DNA from: Patescibacteria group bacterium
Lineage (GTDB): Bacteria; Patescibacteriota; Minisyncoccia; Phycocordibacterales; EsbW-18
Assembly: GCA_038064475.1 (NCBI GenBank)
Contig: JBBTTA010000001.1
Coordinates: 187,795 to 251,794, forward strand
DNA: 64,000 bases
Direction: 5' to 3'
Shown here piece after piece: positions 7,261 through 15,515 of the stretch. The notes beneath the pieces are model-generated. The model had not been told where the DNA came from. It was given only the letters and a program-made list of their open reading frames with translations, and made no database searches. Every line of letters begins with the position of its first letter. Position 1 is the first letter of the stretch. The translations under genes and the position numbers were made by a program.

Positions 7261-7923
7261 CTACTTGCCTGCCTGCGCAGGCAGGCGAACGGCCAGGAAC
7301 CGACAGGCGACGCCCCAGCCGACGCCGTCCCGCCAGCGGAGGCCGAGGCTCCGCCCCGCGTCGTGCCCATGGAGGTACGGGACGCGGCGGTCGCCACCGA
7401 CCAAGCCGACGGAGCCGAGCGCGATCACCGGGAACTGTCGCTGAACCTCGGGGAAGCTTGCCCCGAAGGCGAGCAACTCTGCGATGGTCGCAGCGCGGTA
7501 TCCCGCCTTGTCGAGCTCACGCTCGACTTCGTCGGTGGTGGTGTTGCGGTTGAAGTGGAAGAGCTTCCCGTCCACCATGACCGTACCACCACCCGTGATC
7601 GGAAACCGCGCAGCGGTGATCTCGTTGTTCCGCCAGTCATACTTACCGGCGGCGATCATCTCCTCGAGCGACTTCCCGAAATCGATGGTGAAACGGCAGA
7701 TGCCCGTCGCGAGGTCGATCGCCGGAGCGAGGGGCGCGACGAGAGCGTTCACGAGGGCGTCGATGACGCGCTCCATGTCCGTCTTGCCTTTGTCGGTGAC
7801 GAGCGCATGAATGCGCTCGTTGTCCCAGCCGCGGGACAGAAGCCCTTTCACGAGTCCGAGTGCGAGCTGCATGAGCCAGCCTGCCCCGGAAATGATCGCT
7901 ACGGGAGTGTTCTTGCTTGCCAT
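7261..7923 (-). CDS. DGR target protein with C-terminal variable region
   Basis: 220 aa, SD aaggag; motif GYRAATIAELLAFG...FPVIALGS precedes the VR; C-terminus matches TR. Confidence 0.92.
   Translation of the reverse strand: MASKNTPVAIISGAGWLMQLALGLVKGLLSRGWDNERIHALVTDKGKTDMERVIDALVNALVAPLAPAIDLATGICRFTIDFGKSLEEMIAAGKYDWRNNEITAARFPITGGGTVMVDGKLFHFNRNTTTDEVERELDKAGYRAATIAELLAFGASFPEVQRQFPVIALGSVGLVGGDRRVPYLHGHDAGRSLGLRWRDGVGWGVACRFLAVRLPAQAGK
7284..7416 (-). repeat. DGR variable repeat (VR)
   Basis: Adenine-specific divergence from TR; last 24 nt (cctgtcggttcctggccgttcgcc) identical and adenine-free, IMH-like. Confidence 0.95.
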
Positions 7924-7989
7924 CGTCGTACTCCTTTTTCTGACGTGCTCCCCACCCTCACCACAATGGTTCGGGCCTCGAGCTTGTCT

Positions 7990-8040
7990 GTTGGTTACAG
8001 CTTTTAAGGCACTACAGATGCTCTAAAAGCTGTAACCAAC
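7990..8040. repeat. 17 bp perfect inverted repeat in the target 5' UTR
   Basis: gttggttacagctttta (7990-8006) / taaaagctgtaaccaac (8024-8040). Confidence 0.85.
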
Positions 8041-8071
8041 GAGTAGTTCTCTCAATGTTCTTCTGCTGACC

Positions 8072-8100
8072 ATTATACACCTATTATGAGTGTATGTCAA
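8072..8100 (-). promoter_or_regulatory. Consensus sigma70 promoter for the DGR target
   Basis: Minus strand TTGACA (8100-8095), 17 nt spacer, TATAAT (8077-8072). Confidence 0.85.
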
Positions 8101-8107
8101 TAGTCTG

Positions 8108-9079
8108 TTATTCTTGATCCACAGGTGTCATATCACCCGTGTATGCCGCCAAGCTGTCGATAATGCGGTCCATATTGCCTCCCAAGATGCCTGGAAGGTT
8201 TGACCAGCTCTCTTTGATGCGGTGGTCGGTAATGCGATCCTGTGGGAAGTTGTACGTGCGAATTTTTTCAGAACGGTCCCCTGTTCCAATCTGGGCCTTT
8301 CGCTCACTTGAGAGCTTTTTGGCATCTTCTTCAACTTTGAGCACATCAAGCTTTGCCTGAAGAATTTCAAAGGCTTTCTCACGGTTTCTCTGCTGGCTTC
8401 GCTCTGATTGTGATTTCACAATAATCCCCGTTGGTGTGTGTACAAGACGAACAGCTGTTTCCACTTTGTTTACGTTCTGTCCTCCCGCACCACCTGAACG
8501 CGTAAATGTCATTTCAACATCTGCCATATTAATCGGAACCATTCCTTTTGCGCGCATAGGAAGGATTGCAACTGATGCAGTTGATGTATGTACACGTCCC
8601 ATCTTTTCTGTAGCGGGAATTCGCTGTACACGATGAATACCTGTTTCAAATTGGAGTTCCTTGTACACGTCTTTTCCTTTTATTTCAAATGAGGCGTCTT
8701 TGTAGCCACCCATCGTTGCACGCGCTTCATCGACAACTGACGATGACCACCCTTTCCTCTCGGCGTACTTTCGATACATGTTTGCAAGTTCTTCAGCAAA
8801 AAGTGCCGCCTCTTCTCCGCCAGCGCCTGCACGCACTTCAAGAATAATTTCATTTGGAAATTCATCCTCTTCTTTTTCACTCTCAAGAATGCCTTTGATC
8901 TGTCCTTCGATAAAAGCATATTGCTCATCAATGCGAAGAATGTCTTCCTTTGCGAGATCTGCGAGTAGAGGATCATCCCCCGCTGCCGCTTCAGCTTCGG
9001 CACGCTCCTTTTGCAGACGCTCTAATTCAAGCGCTAAGTAGGCAGTTGTATGATTTTTTTTGAGTTCGTCGAGATCCAT
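8108..9079 (-). CDS. prfA: Peptide chain release factor 1 (N-terminally shortened)
   Basis: EVRAGAGGEEAALFA, HRVQRIPATE (PxT), SGGAGGQNVNK (GGQ), DRSEKIRTYNFPQDRITDHRI; next to rpmE. Confidence 0.96.
   Translation of the reverse strand: MDLDELKKNHTTAYLALELERLQKERAEAEAAAGDDPLLADLAKEDILRIDEQYAFIEGQIKGILESEKEEDEFPNEIILEVRAGAGGEEAALFAEELANMYRKYAERKGWSSSVVDEARATMGGYKDASFEIKGKDVYKELQFETGIHRVQRIPATEKMGRVHTSTASVAILPMRAKGMVPINMADVEMTFTRSGGAGGQNVNKVETAVRLVHTPTGIIVKSQSERSQQRNREKAFEILQAKLDVLKVEEDAKKLSSERKAQIGTGDRSEKIRTYNFPQDRITDHRIKESWSNLPGILGGNMDRIIDSLAAYTGDMTPVDQE
8127..8166 (-). repeat. Direct repeat copy 2 (within the prfA 3' end)
   Basis: Identical to 5360-5399. Confidence 0.95.
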
Positions 9080-9336
9080 CACGTTAGAGACAGGAAACGT
9101 TTGAGACGATTCTTGATATACCGTTCTCCCATTCCTGATTTTAAATATTTTTCCCTTGCCCTTGCGTCATCCTCATTATGGCATGCCTCGTAGTATATAA
9201 CCGACCAAGGAGTATATCTTTTTGTCCAATAACTTTTACCTTTGTTATGTTCATTCAAACGTTTCCGTAAATCTTTCGTTACTCCCGTATACAGTTTGTC
9301 TGCCTTTTTACTTTTTAGAATATATACGTAAAACAT
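9079..9336 (-). CDS. Small GIY-YIG nuclease
   Basis: YVYILKS...LYTGVTKDLRKRLNEHN.G...T..Y.PW..IYYE......ARAREKYLKSG. Confidence 0.92.
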   Translation of the reverse strand: MFYVYILKSKKADKLYTGVTKDLRKRLNEHNKGKSYWTKRYTPWSVIYYEACHNEDDARAREKYLKSGMGERYIKNRLKRFLSLT

Positions 9337-9356
9337 ACTGTATGGTCTCTAACGTG
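9080..9356. mobile_element. GIY-YIG cassette with 12 bp terminal inverted repeats and a 6 bp flanking duplication
   Basis: cacgttagagac (9080-9091) / gtctctaacgtg (9345-9356); ATCCAT at 9074-9079 and 9357-9362. Confidence 0.75.
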
Positions 9357-9381
9357 ATCCATAGATCAATGCTAGCACAGA

Positions 9382-9416
9382 GAAAGCGCCGCCCGCTTCA
9401 TGCGGACGGCGCTTTC
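9382..9416 (-). terminator. Hairpin after rpmE
   Basis: gaaagcgccgcccgc-ttcat-gcggacggcgctttc. Confidence 0.6.
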
Positions 9417-9423
9417 AAAAACG

Positions 9424-9699
9424 TTACGCTTCTGTCTTCTTAGGAGCTCGTGGCTTCTTTGTTGCCGCAACCTTCTTCACGCTCTCGCGCTTTGATGTCG
9501 CAACACCCTGACGAGTCTTGAACTTCTCAAGACGGCCGGCGAGGATCTTCTTACTGTCGTCCCCGATATAGAACGGATGGCACGCAGAACACACTTCAAC
9601 ATCAATAGTTTCCTTGGTTGAACCAACCGTAAACGTGTTCCCACAGGCGCACTTAACAGCCGCCTTTGGGAAATATGTTGGGTGTATATCGGTCTTCAT
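9424..9699 (-). CDS. rpmE: 50S ribosomal protein L31 (Zn-binding type, basic tail)
   Basis: MKTDIHPTY..CACGNTF...EVCSACHPFY; start reassigned to ATG 9699. Confidence 0.95.
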   Translation of the reverse strand: MKTDIHPTYFPKAAVKCACGNTFTVGSTKETIDVEVCSACHPFYIGDDSKKILAGRLEKFKTRQGVATSKRESVKKVAATKKPRAPKKTEA

Positions 9700-9982
9700 A
9701 TAAAGTAGAGGTTGGAAGTTAGAGGTTGGAGATTGGTACACGGAACCACCTAACAGCCGAAGCATACTAGCACAAAATATGCGTTTTCTGCAAGTTCCCA
9801 GTTCTTTTTTCTTTACGGTAGAGCGAGCATACTCTTCCAATCCTTCTTTCTTTACGGTGGAGCGAGCTTGCTACACCACAATGACTCGCGCAGACCGACG
9901 GGCCGAACGGGAGTGCCGTTTCAGCAGAAACGGACACGTGTCATTGTGGTGTGGCCAAGCGAGCACTTTTTTTGGCAACTTT

Positions 9983-10546
9983 TTACTCTAGCCCCTGCTG
10001 TGCCAAAAGAAGTGCGATGAGTTCTAGTATGAGCTCTCGAAGCCGTTCGAGAATGACTATACGAGCCGCAGAATCTAATTCTGTTATAACAGGTGTCTCT
10101 GGTGCAACAACTACTTCAGGTTGTGTAAGAGCTACAGGAGGTGGAATAACACGACTTGATGAGCCCCCTCCGCCACCTCCAGCGTCAGGGTCAGTACAAG
10201 TACCTGATGGCGTTACTGTAATCGTTACCGTTCCTCCCAGAAGACCGAGCCGTGATTCTCCTCCTGAACAATATTCACTAGTCACATACCCCTCTGGCCC
10301 GTTGTGTGTAAAACCAACACCATCGGCAGAAGCGACAATAATCGCTGAACTAAACGGCAGTGTCACGACGAAATTTGTCGGATTGATGATAATTTGTTCA
10401 ATGAGTGCGCTTGAACCATATATCGTGAGTTCATATCCATTGACATCCAGAATCGTTGTCGTCTCAAGTATAACATCATTAAACACCGCATTCGATATAA
10501 ATGGCAGACAAAGAAGAACAAGAGCTGGAATAAATAGTCTTTTCAT
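9983..10546 (-). CDS. Secreted hypothetical protein
   Basis: Signal peptide MKRLFIPALVLLCLPFISNA; Gly-rich linker; Leu-rich C-terminal helix. Confidence 0.7.
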   Translation of the reverse strand: MKRLFIPALVLLCLPFISNAVFNDVILETTTILDVNGYELTIYGSSALIEQIIINPTNFVVTLPFSSAIIVASADGVGFTHNGPEGYVTSEYCSGGESRLGLLGGTVTITVTPSGTCTDPDAGGGGGGSSSRVIPPPVALTQPEVVVAPETPVITELDSAARIVILERLRELILELIALLLAQQGLE

Positions 10547-10563
10547 AAATTGAAGGAGAAAGA

Positions 10564-11265
10564 TTATGAGCACGTTCCTGCTCCATCAACCGCGCTCCAT
10601 GTAGAACCGTCGCACTGACAAAGGTCTGGACCAGTTGTGTCTACGTAGTATGCGTAGTATCCAGAAGGAGCAATCGTTGTGTTACACGTAGGCAAAGTTG
10701 CTGCCGCAGGGATTGCAAATGCATCGGCAGATTTTACCGCCCCACCTGTTGTGTTAAATGTTATTTGATCGGCCGCAGTGATATTCACATCTGCACCTGT
10801 ACCTCCTGCGTTTAACGTTATGGAAGAGTTTGTTCCTGAAGTAAGAAATTGAACAAACCCTCCTGCACCATTTGAATTGACCTCACAAGATGCTGAATCT
10901 CCATCACAATCAAATTCAACAGTATTTGAACTACCATCATCAGCTATATATATATTAAAGTTTTCAGAGCCTGGAAAAAGTGTAAGCGAGTCTCCGCTTG
11001 CACTTTGTAAAGTAAAGCCCCCTGCGCCAGCTTCAAGAAGTTGAATTTCGTATTCGCCACTTAATTCCGTGTTTATGTCCGTTGCGGATAGTACAAATTG
11101 ATCTGATGCGCGAAGCGTAATGTCAGCTCCCGCCGTTGTCGTTGATGCAGTGAATGTACCTGTCGTCGTTATGTTAGTCCCAATCGTCGTTGCCGCAGTC
11201 ACGGCAAGAGCCGTTGAGAAGAAGAGTGCAACGATCGGTGTGAGCCATTTAGAAAATTTTTCCAT
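10564..11265 (-). CDS. Secreted Thr/Gly-rich surface protein
   Basis: Signal peptide followed by AATTIGTNITTTGT; Cys-containing C-terminus. Confidence 0.75.
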   Translation of the reverse strand: MEKFSKWLTPIVALFFSTALAVTAATTIGTNITTTGTFTASTTTAGADITLRASDQFVLSATDINTELSGEYEIQLLEAGAGGFTLQSASGDSLTLFPGSENFNIYIADDGSSNTVEFDCDGDSASCEVNSNGAGGFVQFLTSGTNSSITLNAGGTGADVNITAADQITFNTTGGAVKSADAFAIPAAATLPTCNTTIAPSGYYAYYVDTTGPDLCQCDGSTWSAVDGAGTCS

Positions 11266-11353
11266 AGCAAAAATTAAAAAAATAATATGAACTGTTTTCT
11301 ATAGGGTACCCCCTCTCAAAGAAAAAGATACCCTTCTGTTGAAAACTCGGGAA

Positions 11354-12745
11354 CTAATCGTCATCTTCTTCCGCGCGTTCAATGGGGTCAATCATAGTCG
11401 TCTGAATTGTCTGTGCATGTGCAATCACACTTGAAGCATAGCCTTGGCCAAGAGTTGCCCAGTTACCACCCGCGTAGTAGCGAGCCGCCGCTTCGTGTTC
11501 TGCGCTGTATCCTCCAATACCTGCACCAAGGTCAGCAAGATAGACGGCCGATGCAATGAAAGCATGTCGTGGGTTCCATGGATCAGGATACTCATCAAGC
11601 ATGTCTTCAAGACGTGGAATGTATGCGCTCCATGTTGAAGGGATAAACTGCGCAGGCCCCATTGCACCTCCGTATCCTGTTGAGAGTGGGCACGACACTT
11701 TTGTTTCAAGAGGTTCTCGATCAAGCTCTTTCATAATTGTTTGGAACACGGGAAGATCGCGAAGAGGATGAATACCGTTCAAGAACGTATTGCCTGAATT
11801 AACACTGCGTGTCTCTCCTGTTTTGAGATTTGTAATGATACATGAACCCACGTTTTGTCCGATGTTACTTTCTTGTTTCAAAATACCAAGTAAGAATGCG
11901 GGACGAACACCGGTGAGACGTTCTGCTTCCTTCGCATACACAAGAGCTTCACCGAATTGAATACCATCAGAATCACGGAGTGAGAAGAGTTCTGCACTGA
12001 TACGCGCCGCTTCGGCGCGGCGCTCCGCAATCAATTTATTGTAGAGAGCCTCCTGTCCTTTGGTAATACCAAGCACGTACTGCTTCTCATCTTCTTGCGC
12101 TTCAATCTTTTGCTTTTCGATTTCTTGCGCGTATTTGTGATCAATTTCTTGTGTTTGCGCTGTTTGAAGTGACGCTCGCTCTACCTCCGTATCCTCTTTT
12201 GTATCTTCAATTTCACGAAATGATTTTTGAAGTTCCAAACTGACCACTTGAAATGCGTCGAGATCGGTAAAAAATTCTGAGATATTGTCTTTTGAAAGCG
12301 CGAGTTCAATAATCGTACGGTCATCAAGTTTGTGTGTTGCCTGCAACAAGTGTGCCAACGAAACTTGCTGTCGTGTGTATTTTTCACTGAGTGCCTGAAT
12401 CGTTGTTTTACGCTCCGTGATTTCTCCGCCAAGTTGTTTAATTTTTATGTTACGCGCCTGAATTTCAAGTTGTGCTTTTTTAATATCAGCCTCGAGAAGC
12501 GCTACGTCCCGTTCAAGTGATGCTCGTTCTGCACTCTTTTCTTGTGCAAACACAGACAGTGCAGCGATTTCACGCATCTTTGCTTCAAGCTCTTTTTGAA
12601 GCTCTTCCTCACGCTCTTCGAGCGCGTCATCGTCGTCGTTCGATGCAGCAAAAACAGTAAGAGGTGCCCCATACAAAACAACCGCGCATAAAAACGCGAT
12701 TGTAATGATGCTTGTCGTATACAAATAGTTTCGTGCGAGTGTCAT
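11354..12745 (-). CDS. Coiled-coil protein with C-terminal lytic transglycosylase (lysozyme-like) domain
   Basis: N-terminal TM, long coiled coil, LLGILKQESN, GGAMGPAQFIPSTW, PDPWNP; start at MTLARN. Confidence 0.85.
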   Translation of the reverse strand: MTLARNYLYTTSIITIAFLCAVVLYGAPLTVFAASNDDDDALEEREEELQKELEAKMREIAALSVFAQEKSAERASLERDVALLEADIKKAQLEIQARNIKIKQLGGEITERKTTIQALSEKYTRQQVSLAHLLQATHKLDDRTIIELALSKDNISEFFTDLDAFQVVSLELQKSFREIEDTKEDTEVERASLQTAQTQEIDHKYAQEIEKQKIEAQEDEKQYVLGITKGQEALYNKLIAERRAEAARISAELFSLRDSDGIQFGEALVYAKEAERLTGVRPAFLLGILKQESNIGQNVGSCIITNLKTGETRSVNSGNTFLNGIHPLRDLPVFQTIMKELDREPLETKVSCPLSTGYGGAMGPAQFIPSTWSAYIPRLEDMLDEYPDPWNPRHAFIASAVYLADLGAGIGGYSAEHEAAARYYAGGNWATLGQGYASSVIAHAQTIQTTMIDPIERAEEDDD

Positions 12746-12785
12746 AGATGCTTCCCGACATCTACCATCGCGGCACTCTGTTGTG

Positions 12786-13454
12786 TTATGCCGCAGGGGT
12801 TTCTTCAGGAGCTGATGCCTCCCCTTCACCTTCCTCTTCTTTCTTACCCTTCTTCTCAACTTCGATAGCGTCCATGTCGATTGCTTCGACTGGTACTTCA
12901 ACTTCTTCTTCCTTAGGTTCAGTCACCGATACAATTGTATCATCTGGATTTCCGATGATTTCTACTCCGTGAACGGCTCCAATATCTTTTATGGAGATAT
13001 GCGACTGGAATGTTTCAAGACTTGAAATATCAATTTTGATTGTGTGTGGAAGATCCTTCGGCAATGCTTCAACTTCGATCTCGTGAACAACCTTCATCAA
13101 GGTACCGCCAAGGTTCTTCACTGCGGCAGATTCGCCAATGAATTCGAGAGGAACGTGCGTCTTCACCTTCTTACCCTTTTCAACAGCATAGAAATCAACA
13201 TGCTGCACAATGTCAGTTACAGGATGTACATCCACTTCGTGGATCAAGACATCTTTGTCTTCATCAATACCCTGAAGCACAACAACGGTTGTTTCTCCGG
13301 CCGCTCGCCACACCTTCTCGAATTCCTTACGATTGAGAGTCACTGGAGTTGATGCTTCTTTTGGACCATAGAAAACAGCCGGAACCTTGCCTTCCTCGCG
13401 AAGTGTGTCCGGAGCTACCTCCATGTCTCGTGCTGTGACGTTTAGTGTCTGCAT
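12786..13454 (-). CDS. rplY: 50S ribosomal protein L25/Ctc
   Basis: LREEGKVPAVFYG, VHPVTDIVQHVDFY, acidic tail. Confidence 0.95.
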   Translation of the reverse strand: MQTLNVTARDMEVAPDTLREEGKVPAVFYGPKEASTPVTLNRKEFEKVWRAAGETTVVVLQGIDEDKDVLIHEVDVHPVTDIVQHVDFYAVEKGKKVKTHVPLEFIGESAAVKNLGGTLMKVVHEIEVEALPKDLPHTIKIDISSLETFQSHISIKDIGAVHGVEIIGNPDDTIVSVTEPKEEEVEVPVEAIDMDAIEVEKKGKKEEEGEGEASAPEETPAA

Positions 13455-13519
13455 AATGAAAACGCTCGAAAGCGCTTATGGAATGAGTATTACACAAGAA
13501 AGAGGTGAAATCAACCCCA

Positions 13520-14383
13520 TTATTTCCCCGCAAAGAGTTTGATGTAGCGTTCAACAATCGCCTCAACTGACGTAATGGCCTCTCGAGAAAGTTTGTAAGG
13601 AGCGAGTTCGTCGGCGTTTTCCGAGAGCGATTTTGTCATTGCTTGCCGGTCTGCAAGGCGAAGTTCAGTTGAAATATGTATAACACTGATACCTGCTTTA
13701 ATTGCGTCAATAAAATCTTGGTCTGTGATGCCTGAGCCGCCATGAAGCACGAGGGGTATCCCCGCGGCGGCGGCAACATCTCGTACACGCTCGATTGAAA
13801 GCTTTGGGTTTCCATAACCTTTAATCAATCCATGAATATTCCCAACCGCTGGCGCAAAAAGATCAACATCTGTTTCTTTCACAAAACGTTCTGCTTCATC
13901 TGGCTTCGTCATCATGTCTTCTGTTGCTACCGCGCCTTCTGGAATTGCATCAAGTAATTGTGAACCACTCCCGATGTATCCCAATTCTGCTTCGACAAGT
14001 ACTTCATAATCTGATTTTTTTGCATACACAACACACTCTTTTGCTTTTGCGATGTTTTCTTCAAGCGATAATTTTGCTCCGTCAAAAATGACAGAATCAA
14101 ACCCTGCGTCAATTGCTTCTTTAACACGCTCAACACTGTACGTATGATCGGCATTTAAATAGACAGGAAGTCCTTCCTCTTTGTAGACACCAATGAGCGC
14201 GGCAATCTGCGCGACGCCGAAGGCGTCGCGCTCCCCCTCTGACACTCCGACGATTGCTGGCAGTCCTGTTGCTCGAATGGCGTTCACTACCGCTGTAAGC
14301 ATCTCTAGATTCCCCACATTAAAATGCCCAATAGCACGGCCCTCCTTCTGAGCATCCTGTATTTCGTCGCGAAGCGTTTTCAT
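13520..14383 (-). CDS. fba: Class II fructose/tagatose-bisphosphate aldolase
   Basis: AIGHFN, LNADH, GFDSVIFDG, VEAELG, AVGNIHG, PLVLHGGSG; start MKTLRDE. Confidence 0.92.
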   Translation of the reverse strand: MKTLRDEIQDAQKEGRAIGHFNVGNLEMLTAVVNAIRATGLPAIVGVSEGERDAFGVAQIAALIGVYKEEGLPVYLNADHTYSVERVKEAIDAGFDSVIFDGAKLSLEENIAKAKECVVYAKKSDYEVLVEAELGYIGSGSQLLDAIPEGAVATEDMMTKPDEAERFVKETDVDLFAPAVGNIHGLIKGYGNPKLSIERVRDVAAAAGIPLVLHGGSGITDQDFIDAIKAGISVIHISTELRLADRQAMTKSLSENADELAPYKLSREAITSVEAIVERYIKLFAGK

Positions 14384-14431
14384 AAAAATAGTGTACCACA
14401 AGGCCATAAAGCTCCATGCTATACTTTTTCC

Positions 14432-15430
14432 ATGTCTACCTACGATTTCATAGCCATTGGCGACACGGTTACCGATGAATTCATTAAACTCAAAGATGCG
14501 CGTGTTCATTGCAATGTAAACGACACCGACTGCGAACTCTGTGTTCGTTTTGGTGATAAAGTGCCCTTTGAATCCGTTGAAACTGTCTATGCTGTCGGTA
14601 ATGCAGCAAATGCGGCAGTATCTGCAACACGACTCGGCCTTACAACCGCATTTGTATCTGACGTTGGTGGTGATGAACTCGGAGAGAGAATGCTTGAATG
14701 GCTCACGCTTCACAATGTGCACACATCGTTCATCCGTGTGCACGAAGATATGATGAGTAATCATCACTACGTATTGCAGTACGAAGCTGAACGAACTATT
14801 CTCGTAAAACACCAGCCATATCCCTACGCGCTTCCTGACATCGGTGAACCGAAATGGGTATATCTTTCATCCCTCGGTGAAAACTCTCTCCCCTACCACG
14901 AAGAAGTCGCAGACTATCTTGCTGATCACAAAAACATTAAACTCGCTTTCCAGCCTGGCACGTTCCAAATAAAACTTGGTGCAGAGAAATTGAAGAAACT
15001 CTACAAACACACAGAAGTATTTTTCTGTAACAAAGAAGAAGCTCAGCATATTTTGGGTAATGAAGAAAAAGATATCAAGAAACTTTTGAAAGGTGTGCAT
15101 GACCTCGGACCAAAGACAGTTGTAATTACCGATGGACCAAAAGGCGCGCACGCATTTGAAGCTACTACAGGCGACTTCTGGTCTGTACCAATGTTCCCTG
15201 ACACAAAACCCCCCGTTGACCGAACTGGTGCCGGTGATGCCTTCGCCTCAACAATTGCCGCGGCACTCGCGTTGGGTGAGCCACTTGAAAAAGCGCTTTT
15301 GTGGGGCCCAATAAATTCTGAGGCCGTCGTACAAGAAATTGGGGCTCAAAAAGGTCTTTTGACTCGTGAGAAACTCGAAGCCGCACTTACAGACGCCCCT
15401 GACGACTACAAAGTTGAGAAAGTTTCATAG
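14432..15430 (+). CDS. PfkB-family carbohydrate kinase
   Basis: GNAANAA, DRTGAGDAF; start MSTYDF. Confidence 0.92.
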   Translation: MSTYDFIAIGDTVTDEFIKLKDARVHCNVNDTDCELCVRFGDKVPFESVETVYAVGNAANAAVSATRLGLTTAFVSDVGGDELGERMLEWLTLHNVHTSFIRVHEDMMSNHHYVLQYEAERTILVKHQPYPYALPDIGEPKWVYLSSLGENSLPYHEEVADYLADHKNIKLAFQPGTFQIKLGAEKLKKLYKHTEVFFCNKEEAQHILGNEEKDIKKLLKGVHDLGPKTVVITDGPKGAHAFEATTGDFWSVPMFPDTKPPVDRTGAGDAFASTIAAALALGEPLEKALLWGPINSEAVVQEIGAQKGLLTREKLEAALTDAPDDYKVEKVS

Positions 15431-15440
15431 ATAGGCGTTC

Positions 15441-15478
15441 ACCCAGCACGTAACTTTCAGGAAAGTTACGTGCTGGGT
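15441..15478. repeat. Perfect 18 bp-arm inverted repeat
   Basis: acccagcacgtaactttc-ag-gaaagttacgtgctgggt. Confidence 0.9.
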
Positions 15479-15515
15479 ATACTTAAAGTAGATTCGAAAC
15501 CAGAGAGGAGGCACC

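Larger units (their letters stand above)
5360..8166. mobile_element. DGR island inserted at the prfA 3' end, bounded by 40 bp direct repeats
   Basis: gtcatatcacccgtgtatgccgccaagctgtcgataatgc at 5360-5399 and 8127-8166; the interval holds only RT, avd, TR and target. Confidence 0.85.

Noticed and set aside
7071-8026. Several plus-strand ORFs over the DGR target
   Set aside because: Antisense shadows of a GC-rich gene; the minus-strand ORF has the promoter, SD and VR
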